From positions 22,371-86,370 of IMG/VR virus record IMGVR_UViG_2872922060_000001: a stretch of 64,000 nt of DNA. The stretch is one strand, 5' to 3'. The DNA is from a virus (taxonomy: Duplodnaviria; Caudoviricetes). The notes under the pieces are model-generated. The model saw only the letters and a program-made list of their open reading frames with translations, had not been told where the DNA came from and ran no database searches. Numbering within the stretch: the stretch's first letter is position 1; every line of letters begins with the position of its first letter. The position numbers and the translations under genes were made by a program. This document shows positions 46,170-54,845 of this stretch, piece by piece.

Positions 46170-46772
46170 ATGTCCCCCGATGAATTCGCCAGGGAATTCG
46201 AGCCCGAATTCATTCCCGCCCAGTCCGGTTACATTCCCGCCGCTGGCCCGTACGGACACCCCGTCCAGCCCGTCCAGCCCGGCCTGACCAAGCGCGGAAA
46301 GGCCGCCCTGGCGATCGGTGCGACTGTCATCGTCGGCGGTGGATTCCTTGCCTGGCAGAACCACGCGGAACAGGCCGCAGCGAACGAGATCCGCGCGCAG
46401 GAACTCGCCGTCCGGCAGCAGCAGATCGAACTGGAAAAGATGAAGGAACTCAACAAGGCCAACGTCGTCCAGCAGAAGACGCAGGAAACCCTGGACGCCG
46501 AGCGGCAGAAGCAGATCGACGCCTGCGTCAAGACGAACAAGGACCTGGTCGGCAAGCAGCTCGGCATCACCTACAGCCGCGTCCTGGACGACTGCCAGGC
46601 CCGGTTCGGCACCGTCAACGACGCCACCAGCGCGGGCATGCAGGAGGCCGCGTCCACCTCCGACTCGGGCGACGGCGGGATCTCCCCGACTGTGCTCCTC
46701 GCCATCGCGGCCGGCGGCTCGCTGATCGTCGGAGTAGCCGCGAACCGCGGCCGGAAGACCAACGCAGCGTAA
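46170..46772 (+). CDS. Membrane protein with two TMs flanking a coiled coil
   Basis: Hydrophobic ends, Gln/Glu-rich coil, Cys pair. Confidence 0.7.
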   Translation: MSPDEFAREFEPEFIPAQSGYIPAAGPYGHPVQPVQPGLTKRGKAALAIGATVIVGGGFLAWQNHAEQAAANEIRAQELAVRQQQIELEKMKELNKANVVQQKTQETLDAERQKQIDACVKTNKDLVGKQLGITYSRVLDDCQARFGTVNDATSAGMQEAASTSDSGDGGISPTVLLAIAAGGSLIVGVAANRGRKTNAA

Positions 46773-46781
46773 CCAGCCAGG

Positions 46782-46879
46782 TTCATTCCTCACTCATTCA
46801 CAGCCCCCGGAAGCCACGCTCAGCCCTCACATGAGGCGCCCAGAGCGGGGCTTCCCGGCGGGAGTGAATGAGGAATGAA
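46782..46879. other. Long imperfect stem-loop between spd and tra genes
   Basis: TTCATTCCTCA..TTCAC / GTGAATGAGGAATGAA, CCGGAAGCC / GGCTTCCCGG, CCTCA / TGAGG. Confidence 0.65.
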
Positions 46880-46899
46880 GCTACCGAGAGTGAGGATAG

Positions 46900-48684
46900 A
46901 TGGCGACGGATACGGTCCCCGCAGCGGTCCCCGGCCCCCCTGACCCGCCCGGTCACACCGCCGGCACCAACCAGGAAAGCAAGGGATTCCTGGCCGCCAT
47001 GATGGCCCCCGTGGAGCCCGCACGCCCCACCTTCGACCTCGCCCGCGCCGCCGGCGACGCCACCCAGGCCGCCAGCCCGGACGGGCCGGTCGACCGGTCC
47101 GCCCCCGGAGTGTCATCCGCGTCGTTCCGGGACACCGCCGAGCAGGCCACCAAAGGCGCAGACCCCGCCGGAGCCCGCCACAAGCGCAGCGTCTGGAAGG
47201 AAATTTTGCTGGCTGCCGCTACTCGCTTGGCGAAAGGCGGCGGCGCCGCCAATAAGCGGCTCGATCTGGCGAAGGCGCGCGCCCAGGCCCACCAGGTGAA
47301 GGAAACCCGGACCACCACTGTGACGAAGTCCGGTGGAATTCCGGTCCGTAACAGCGGTGGATCCGGTGTGGGCTCGGACAAGGGGACAGGTAAATCGGGC
47401 GGGAACTCCTCGAGGAAGGGGCCCGTCAATTCTTCGGGCAGCCCGTCCAATGGTGCCGGCCGGAGTGGTTCTGGCAGCTCCGGGGGATCCGGTGGCGGCC
47501 GCGGACCCGGTGGGGGATCGGGCAGCAGCGCCTCCGGGGCGAGCGGACGGAGCGGCAAGGACACCGGCTCGTCCGGCAAGGACTCCTCAGGGGCACACCG
47601 TGGCCGCAGTGGCGCCGGTAGCAGTGGCCAGCTCGGCGCCGGCGGGGGCGCCGCCGGCGGCGAGAAGAACAAGAAGACCGTGACCCCGACCACGATCGGC
47701 AAGGACGGAGGTAAGCAGTCCCCTGCCGGATCCGGAGGAGGTGCCGAGAAGCCCGGCGCGGCAGGAAAGCACGGCAAGGACGGCTCCACCCGCACCACCG
47801 GCACAGGAACAGGCGGTACCAACTCGGGCAGCCGACCCGACCTGACCAAGCAACCCAACGACGGCAACGCAAAGAGCAGGGGCGGTGACGGGGACCGGCC
47901 CCGTAGCCAGCACCACGACAAGACCGGCACCAAGCCCACCGGCCAGCAGCAACCCGCGGCAGCCCAGAAGACACCGCTACAGAAATCCCGGGAGATCGGC
48001 CACGGCGACGGCACCAAGGCCCGCCGCATCGTCGACCACGTCAAGGCGTACACCGACGGCACCCGCGACGGCTGGCACGACGAGAAGACGAACAACGCCA
48101 AAGAGCACCAGCGTCTGGACAAGGCGCACACCGCTCACCAGCCGAAGGCGCACCGGCCCACGGCCCGCATCATCACCGAGAAGGGAGACGACGGAGTGAC
48201 CACCGACGTCAAGCCGCTCACCGTCAACACCATCGACGCCAACACCCTGACCCTGGGAACCGAAGGCGCCCGCACCACCGTCGGCCGGCGCGAGCTGAGG
48301 AACTTCAAGCAGTACGAACGCAAGCTCGAAGCGAAGGAAACCGTTCTCCAGAAGATCGCCGAAGCGTGCGCCCGACTGGCGACGGAAGCCGAGGACGAGG
48401 CCAAGGACTGCCAGCAGCTCGTGGAACAGGCCAAGAGCGTCAAGGGCGGCGAGAAGCTCGTCGGCACGCTGACCAAGCTCGCCGAAGCCGCGAAGAACCA
48501 GGCCACCGAAGCCGCCACCCTCGCCCAGCGGGCCCGCAAGGCAGCGGAGATGTGCAAGACCGTCCTCACCAACATCCAGACCCGGTACGCGCCGCTGTAC
48601 AAGGCCGTCGTCGACAGCGACGAGACGAAACCCGCAGAGCTGCGCTTCTACAACGACAAGGGCACCTACGCCCCCGCCGCCTGA
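46900..48684 (+). CDS. Transfer accessory protein: Gly/Ser-rich linker plus C-terminal helical hairpin
   Basis: Position upstream of FtsK gene; composition. Confidence 0.7.
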   Translation: MATDTVPAAVPGPPDPPGHTAGTNQESKGFLAAMMAPVEPARPTFDLARAAGDATQAASPDGPVDRSAPGVSSASFRDTAEQATKGADPAGARHKRSVWKEILLAAATRLAKGGGAANKRLDLAKARAQAHQVKETRTTTVTKSGGIPVRNSGGSGVGSDKGTGKSGGNSSRKGPVNSSGSPSNGAGRSGSGSSGGSGGGRGPGGGSGSSASGASGRSGKDTGSSGKDSSGAHRGRSGAGSSGQLGAGGGAAGGEKNKKTVTPTTIGKDGGKQSPAGSGGGAEKPGAAGKHGKDGSTRTTGTGTGGTNSGSRPDLTKQPNDGNAKSRGGDGDRPRSQHHDKTGTKPTGQQQPAAAQKTPLQKSREIGHGDGTKARRIVDHVKAYTDGTRDGWHDEKTNNAKEHQRLDKAHTAHQPKAHRPTARIITEKGDDGVTTDVKPLTVNTIDANTLTLGTEGARTTVGRRELRNFKQYERKLEAKETVLQKIAEACARLATEAEDEAKDCQQLVEQAKSVKGGEKLVGTLTKLAEAAKNQATEAATLAQRARKAAEMCKTVLTNIQTRYAPLYKAVVDSDETKPAELRFYNDKGTYAPAA

Positions 48685-48706
48685 CCCACCCCTTACGGAG
48701 ACCCTG

Positions 48707-49090
48707 ATGTCCACAGAGCTGACGTTCAAAGCCCTCGCCCATGCCGTGCAGAGCAAGGAGAAGAAGCTGGCCCGCCACGCGGAAGGCGTGAAGCGCGCCG
48801 CGGACAACATCGCCCAGCACGCTGACGACACCGCCCGTGACGCCGACGCCCTGGGCGCCAAGTCCGTCGATCGGGACTCCATCTCCGAATGCCAGGAACT
48901 CGCCCGCATCATCCGCGGCGTCTCGGATGGCGCCACCGCCTACGCCGCGAAGGCCGCCGACACCGCGAAGACCGCCAAGGCCGCCAGCGACCAGGCCCGC
49001 ACCACCCACGGAGGCTTCCAGGAAGCCTTCGACCGCTCCAACATCACCGACCTCGAGAACGTCTCCCGCGACTGGTTCGAGCAGGAATAA
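48707..49090 (+). CDS. Small alpha-helical transfer accessory protein
   Basis: Ala-rich helical hairpin; RBS; context. Confidence 0.7.
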   Translation: MSTELTFKALAHAVQSKEKKLARHAEGVKRAADNIAQHADDTARDADALGAKSVDRDSISECQELARIIRGVSDGATAYAAKAADTAKTAKAASDQARTTHGGFQEAFDRSNITDLENVSRDWFEQE

Positions 49091-49155
49091 CCCCACCGCT
49101 GCCCGGTCCCAGTCGCCCGGGCCCGACCTCATCACCCTGAAGGAGCACCGCACCC

Positions 49156-51480
49156 GTGACCACGAACACCCACTCCGCGCCACGCACCGACACGGCGGAA
49201 CGCTTCGCGGCCATCGGCCAATGCGTGCTCCCCGTCGCCACCGGCGCCCTCGCCCCCCTGCTCGACCCCAACGCCACCGCCGCAGCAGGCGCCGCCTACC
49301 TCACCGGCGCGACCTTCATCGGCGCCGCCTACATGGACCGCCTCGGCACCTGGGCGAACGACCTGCCGGGCATGGACATCGTCCGAGCCCACCGCGACAC
49401 CCTCGGCATCTCCACCATCACCACCGGCATGGCCCTCGGCATCGGCGCCTTCGGCGGACCCGCAGCCACCGACGCCCTCATGGCCGGCGCCCTCCAGCCC
49501 ACCACCGTGCCCGGCATCCTCTCCCTCGGCTGGTGGGCCGCCGTCGCTCTCATCCCGCTGAAGCTGCGCCGCGTCCTCGGCCGTAAGCGCCCCACCGCCT
49601 CCATTCCCGGCGCCGCCCCCACCAACCAGACCACGCCCGGCCCGGTCACCCTCGCCGACAAGATCCTCGCCGCGTGGGACGCGCACATCTCCAGCCCCGA
49701 CGGCGGAACCCACCGCCACCAGGTCCTCACTGACGTCACCGTCTACACCGACCGGTGGACGGGACGGATCCTCGCTCCCGCAGGAGCCGGCGTCACCGTC
49801 ACCAAGGAAGCGATCTCCTCCGTCTACAAGGTCAACGCCGGCTGGATCAGCCTCGAGCACGGCGACCACGCCGGAGAAGCCCACGTCACCGTCTCCTACA
49901 ACGCTCCCGCCGAACTCGACCCCAGCACCCTCCAGGGCGCCTGGAAGAAACGCGTCGCCTGCACCGGCGGCACCATGCCCAAAACCCACCTCGAGAACGT
50001 CACAGACGACCCCAACACCGGCGGCCAGGCCGCCTGGGTCGTCGCCGACGACGACATGAAGGGAGCCCTGAAGGCCCCCAACCTGATCGACCTCGCCGGG
50101 GACCTCCGCAAGTCCCCCCTGCTGATCTCCTACGAACCCAACCCCAACAACGTCCGCAAAGCGATCATCCGCGTCATGGACTCCAACCCCCTCGAAACCG
50201 GACACGACTTCCAGGGCCTGGACTCGATGAAGGCGTCCGCAGGCGGATGGTTCCCCATCGGGAAGATCATCTCCGGGCACCCGGCGCGCTTCCAGATGTT
50301 CGACCCCCAACTCGGAGCCCTCCACCTCGTCATCGCAGGCACCACCGGCAGCGGCAAAGGCGGAGCCGTCCAGATCATCTCCCTCGGCTACCACGCCAAC
50401 GGCGCCGCCATCATCTACGCCGACCCCAAAGGCGCCTCCAACCCCGCCATCCCCAAGATGGCCGCCTACTCCGGACTCCAGCGCTACGGCGCCCTCGGCG
50501 CACTCCGCCTCTCCTACCACGTCCTCCAGCACCGCGTAGAAGAGGCCGCCAAGCACGACCTGAAGAACTTCCAGCCCTCCAAGATGCGCCCCTGGTGCCC
50601 CACCATCCTCGACGAAGCCCCCCAGCTCCTCGGCCCCAAAGTTCCCAACCGCGCCGAAGCCGTCCACATCGTCAAGTCCGGAGCCTCCCTGGGCCGATCC
50701 CTCGGCATGCCCCTGGTCCTCGTCACCCAGACCGTCAACCTCGACCAGATGGGCGGCGAACAAGCCATCCGCGCCAACCTCCTCGCCGGCGGCGCCTGGC
50801 TGATCCTCCGCACCGACTCCGACCAGGTCAACCTCGGCGACCTCCCCGCCGGCTTCGAAGGCATCGACCCCTCCCAGATCCCCGCGGTCTGGCCCACCGA
50901 CGACGACTCCCTCATCTACGACCCCGACATCCCCGAGAACGACCCCCGCCGCACCTTCGGCCTGGGCTACCTCGCCGCCCCCGGCGGCCGCGCCGGCATG
51001 ATGCGCATCGACACCCTCGAGGACGCCACCCCCCACATCCGACCCGAACTCGTCGCAGCCCCCGAAGACGTCCCCTGGTGGGGCGACCAAGACGTCATGG
51101 AGGAACTCGCCAACACCCCCCTGCCCGGCTTCGACGAGAAGGGCGACGGCAGCGACGACGATGACCGCGCCAGCGGCCCGGTCATCGCGCCCGGCATCGA
51201 CCTCCAGAAGAAGGAACCCACCGCCGAAGAGAAAATCCTCACTGCACTCCGCGACGAAGCGGACCCCCTCCACCTCGACTACTTGGCCGGCGCCGCCGAC
51301 ATCGACCCCGAAGACTTCGAGACGACCTACGTGGACCGTGCGGCGCTCCTCGCCACGACCGGGCTGAAGGAGGGAACGTTCGCCAACGCCCTCAGCAAGC
51401 TGGAGACAGCCGGGAAGATTCACCGCGTGGCCGAAGGAAGGTCCGTCCGGGTCGGCCTGGGCCCCGACCCGGGGGAGTAG
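49156..51480 (+). CDS. FtsK/SpoIIIE-family conjugative DNA translocase (Streptomyces TraB type)
   Basis: N-terminal TMs, Walker A AGTTGSGK, Walker B ILDE, GRSLG..LV.VTQ, C-terminal wHTH. Confidence 0.88.
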   Translation: MTTNTHSAPRTDTAERFAAIGQCVLPVATGALAPLLDPNATAAAGAAYLTGATFIGAAYMDRLGTWANDLPGMDIVRAHRDTLGISTITTGMALGIGAFGGPAATDALMAGALQPTTVPGILSLGWWAAVALIPLKLRRVLGRKRPTASIPGAAPTNQTTPGPVTLADKILAAWDAHISSPDGGTHRHQVLTDVTVYTDRWTGRILAPAGAGVTVTKEAISSVYKVNAGWISLEHGDHAGEAHVTVSYNAPAELDPSTLQGAWKKRVACTGGTMPKTHLENVTDDPNTGGQAAWVVADDDMKGALKAPNLIDLAGDLRKSPLLISYEPNPNNVRKAIIRVMDSNPLETGHDFQGLDSMKASAGGWFPIGKIISGHPARFQMFDPQLGALHLVIAGTTGSGKGGAVQIISLGYHANGAAIIYADPKGASNPAIPKMAAYSGLQRYGALGALRLSYHVLQHRVEEAAKHDLKNFQPSKMRPWCPTILDEAPQLLGPKVPNRAEAVHIVKSGASLGRSLGMPLVLVTQTVNLDQMGGEQAIRANLLAGGAWLILRTDSDQVNLGDLPAGFEGIDPSQIPAVWPTDDDSLIYDPDIPENDPRRTFGLGYLAAPGGRAGMMRIDTLEDATPHIRPELVAAPEDVPWWGDQDVMEELANTPLPGFDEKGDGSDDDDRASGPVIAPGIDLQKKEPTAEEKILTALRDEADPLHLDYLAGAADIDPEDFETTYVDRAALLATTGLKEGTFANALSKLETAGKIHRVAEGRSVRVGLGPDPGE

Positions 51481-51711
51481 CCACCAGGGGAAGGCGCCTC
51501 AGACAAACGCCCGAATCTACGGCAGCATCATCCGTGTCGGCTCAGCCCCGGTGTCCCCGCGCCCAACTGGGCCGACACCCCACGCATATATCTCACCCCC
51601 TGGGAAACAGCACCCCCAGACCCGCTCGGCCCCACCAACCCCCAGTGGGGGGACCGAGCACCAGACGGCCCCGCAGCGCCTTCCCCCAGCGCTACGGGGC
51701 CGTCCCCATGC

Positions 51712-51942
51712 TCAGCCGTAATAGTCGTCCGTGTACTCCGGGCCCCCAGGCTCAGACTCACACCCCTCATACCGCTCCGGCGCCCCATGCGTCAGCACCA
51801 GCCCATACGACTGCGGCACAAAGCCACACCCCTTGTCCGTCCACCGGCCAGCCGCCACCGTCCACACAATCAGCAACACCAACACACCAACGATCTTCTG
51901 CGTGCGGGACGGCCTCCACCCACGCCTCTCGGTTTCGCTCAT
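51712..51942 (-). CDS. Small single-TM protein
   Basis: IVGVLVLLIVWTVAAG; start inferred. Confidence 0.45.
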   Translation of the reverse strand: MSETERRGWRPSRTQKIVGVLVLLIVWTVAAGRWTDKGCGFVPQSYGLVLTHGAPERYEGCESEPGGPEYTDDYYG

Positions 51943-52012
51943 GCCGCGCACCATGACACCCCACGGCCACCAGGGGGAACACAACAGCGAAAATCGGCGA
52001 TCATCCGTAACA

Positions 52013-52026
52013 AGGCGCGGGGCCTG
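52013..52026 (+). promoter_or_regulatory. Late-gene motif AGGCGCGGGGCCTG copy 1
   Basis: Identical 14-mer before terS, portal and scaffold genes. Confidence 0.7.
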
Positions 52027-52063
52027 ACAACCACACAAACAACCGAGCGGGAGCCCCACCGCC

Positions 52064-52597
52064 ATGGGATGGTCAAAACTCAAGCAGGACGAAGTCGCCG
52101 TCCGCCGCACCGCGCTGCTGAAGCTGCGCCGCGAAGGCGTCCGCTACGACGACCCGCGCATCGAAGCCCTCGGCTACGCCAGCCCCAACGCCGCCCGCCG
52201 CGACCTCACCCGCGCCCTCGAAGCCCACCGCGACGAAGAAGCCGCCGAAGTCAGCATCTACCGCCAGCAGGAGAACGAACGTCTCGACGCCCTCCTCGAA
52301 GCCGCCTGGCCCCGCGCGACACAGCCGTCCCCGGTCTTCGACAAGGAGGGCAACATCGTCGGCGAGGAACTCGACATGCGGGCCATCGACACTGTCCTGC
52401 GGCTCATGGACCGCCGTGCCAAGCTCAACGGCCTCGACATGCCGGCCAAGACCGAAGTCACCGGCGCCAACGGCGGACCCCTCCAGATGAGCCAGGCCGG
52501 TGACGCCGAACTCGAAGCCATCATGAACGCCGGGCCGGACCCCGCCCCGAACCTTGAGGGCGCCCCCGGCGAACAGCCCGGCGACGGCAGTGGCTGA
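52064..52597 (+). CDS. Terminase small subunit
   Basis: HTH, RRAKLNGLD.P.K.EVTG.NGGP; precedes TerL. Confidence 0.85.
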   Translation: MGWSKLKQDEVAVRRTALLKLRREGVRYDDPRIEALGYASPNAARRDLTRALEAHRDEEAAEVSIYRQQENERLDALLEAAWPRATQPSPVFDKEGNIVGEELDMRAIDTVLRLMDRRAKLNGLDMPAKTEVTGANGGPLQMSQAGDAELEAIMNAGPDPAPNLEGAPGEQPGDGSG

Positions 52598-54116
52598 CGG
52601 CATCCTCGCCCGCTACCGGGCCCTACCCGCCGCCGAGCGCCGCAACATCATCCGTCACGCCTCCGACGACCTCCGCGCCCAGCTCGCCACGCTCGAAGCC
52701 GAAATGGCGATGGACCGATCCCCAGGAGCGCTCGCCGCCGTCCTTACTCACGGGAAGGAAATGCAGGCCCGGCACCTGGACATCATCGACCGCATCTACC
52801 AGCGCATCGCCGCCGGGGAACGCATCCGCGCCATGGTCACCATGCCCCCGCGCGCGGGAAAGTCCCGCCGCACCTCCCGCTGGGGCCCCACTTGGTACCT
52901 GCGCCGTCAGCCCGACCACCGGTTCATGCTCGCCTCCTACGCCGCCCACCTAGCCGACGACCACGGCCGGTGGATACGCAACACGATCACCGAGCACGCC
53001 CCCACGCTCGGCATTCGCCTCAAATACGGGTCACAGGCAGCCAACCGGTTCGACATCGACGGCCACGAGGGCGGCATGGTCACCGCAGGTGTTGGAGGCC
53101 CGCTGACCGGTCGCGGCGCGCACGTTGCCTGCGTGGACGACCCATTCAAAGGCTCCGAGGATGCCGGCAGCCCCACACAACGCGAGCGGGTCTGGGACTG
53201 GTGGCAGTCAGTTCTTCTCACCCGGCTCGAACCTCAAGGGTCCGTCCTCCTCGTGAACACCCGCTGGGACGACGACGACCTCTCTGGCCGACTCCTCAGG
53301 GAAGAACCCGACGACTGGATCGTCATCGACCTCCCCGCCATCGCTCTGTCAGCCGACGACCCCCTTGGACGGAAGCCAGGAGAAGCCCTCTGGCCCGAGC
53401 GGTACAACGCAGACGACTACGCGCGCATCCGGAAATCCGTAGGTGAACGTGTCTGGTGGGCTCTCTACCAGCAGCAGCCCAGACCTCTCGAAGGCGGCGT
53501 CTGGCAGTGGGCTTGGATCACAGGAAACCGCATCAGCCCCGCTGCATTCCGCGGTGTCAACCTCACACGGACCCTGATCGCCATTGACCCCTCCGGTGGG
53601 GCGGGCACAGCCAACGACGAAACCGGCATCATGGCGGCAGCCAGAGACGAGGCAGGAGAGCTGTACCTCTTCGCTGATCACTCTGGCCGGCACGGCGCCA
53701 ACAGCTGGGGACGCGAGGCATGCCTGCTGGCACTCGACAGCGATGCAGACGCCTTCGTTGTTGAGACGAACTTCGGTGGCGACATGACCAGGCAAGTACT
53801 CACCCAGGCGTGGCAGGAGCTGCAACGCGCAGGCAGCATCACAAACCAGCCCATGCCACGGATCATCGAAGTGAACGCCAAGCAGGGCAAACGGCTGCGG
53901 GCAGAGCCGATCGCTCAGCTCTATGAGCAGGGCAGAGTCCACCATGTGGGTGAGTTCGACACTCTGGAACGCCAGATGGTCACTTGGGTGCCAGGCATGG
54001 ACTCCCCAGACCGCATGGATGCTGCTGTGCACGCGCTGACAGAGCTGGCAGACCCGACACAGGCCGGCTTGGGCAGCCAGCAGTACACCGACCAGCGCCT
54101 CAGAGGACGACGCTGA
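52590..54116 (+). CDS. Terminase large subunit
   Basis: MPPRAGKS, TGRGAH...DDP, NTRW..DD, AIDP, VETN.GG, DRMDA. Confidence 0.95.
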   Translation: MADGILARYRALPAAERRNIIRHASDDLRAQLATLEAEMAMDRSPGALAAVLTHGKEMQARHLDIIDRIYQRIAAGERIRAMVTMPPRAGKSRRTSRWGPTWYLRRQPDHRFMLASYAAHLADDHGRWIRNTITEHAPTLGIRLKYGSQAANRFDIDGHEGGMVTAGVGGPLTGRGAHVACVDDPFKGSEDAGSPTQRERVWDWWQSVLLTRLEPQGSVLLVNTRWDDDDLSGRLLREEPDDWIVIDLPAIALSADDPLGRKPGEALWPERYNADDYARIRKSVGERVWWALYQQQPRPLEGGVWQWAWITGNRISPAAFRGVNLTRTLIAIDPSGGAGTANDETGIMAAARDEAGELYLFADHSGRHGANSWGREACLLALDSDADAFVVETNFGGDMTRQVLTQAWQELQRAGSITNQPMPRIIEVNAKQGKRLRAEPIAQLYEQGRVHHVGEFDTLERQMVTWVPGMDSPDRMDAAVHALTELADPTQAGLGSQQYTDQRLRGRR

Positions 54117-54401
54117 CCAGCGCTAACGTCTGCTCCAAGATGGCTGTGGTTAGAGACGACAGGCCACTACAACAGCGATCGTAGGTAGCGACAGAGGCTT
54201 CTCTGGGCAGTCCAAAAGACGGGATCGTATGCCTCGTGGATTATTAATCCACGGGGATGGAAGGTACATTGGCAGGCGGCTAGAGCAGTGCGGAAAGTAG
54301 TGCACTGGCCGCACAACGAAACAGGACCGCCCCAACCTGGCTGGTCGGGAACGGCCCTGTCTCTTCACAAGTGGGCTGTCGGACCAGGAGCTACGGCTTC
54401 G

Positions 54402-54479
54402 TCATCCCTGGAGTAGCAGCTCCAGGAGAGCGACGACGAAGCACCAGAAGCTCCAGTCCGGCTGTCCGTTTTCGTCCAT
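54402..54479 (-). CDS. 25-aa hydrophobic peptide MDENGQPDWSFWCFVVALLELLLQG
   Basis: GAGGTG RBS, TAGACT -10 near 54593-54598, downstream hairpin. Confidence 0.5.
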   Translation of the reverse strand: MDENGQPDWSFWCFVVALLELLLQG

Positions 54480-54809
54480 TCGTCACCTCATCTGCGGCTC
54501 CTGCGACTTTTGGCCTGGCGAGCCGCACCCTCCGGGCCTAGGCGCCGGAGGGCACATGCAGTGACGGGTCGGTAACGAACACCCGCTGGAAGTCTAAGGC
54601 GTCCCGGGTAGTCCTCCGGACCACCCCCGTGGACAAACCTTCACAACTCCGGCCTATCGGGGGCTAGATGATCACGAAGAGCCACCTTTCGCCACCCCAT
54701 CGGGTGGTCTGACGGTCGAACACACCCCCGCTCACCCCGCCGTTCCGGTGAACCGAACGAGCCCGGCCAGGGGGGAAGCCCCTCCTCCCGCGGCCCTACC
54801 CTGATCACA

Positions 54810-54823
54810 AGGCGCGGGGCCTG
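54810..54823 (+). promoter_or_regulatory. Late-gene motif copy 2
   Basis: AGGCGCGGGGCCTG just after a TACCCT -10-like hexamer. Confidence 0.7.
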
Positions 54824-54845
54824 GAGCGGAGTGGAGAGGGATGCC

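Noticed and set aside
46182-46211. Three GAATTC sites in 30 bp
   Set aside because: Explained by Glu-Phe repeats in one reading frame; no further support.
47330-47900. Gly/Ser-rich stretch as a DNA tandem repeat or collagen
   Set aside because: Low-complexity protein linker with no regular nucleotide period or Gly-X-Y pattern.
49132-51423. 763-aa minus-strand ORF and similar long antisense ORFs (e.g. 17798-19516, 29190-30464, 56759-58084)
   Set aside because: Shadow frames of real genes, expected in high-GC DNA; no recognisable motifs.
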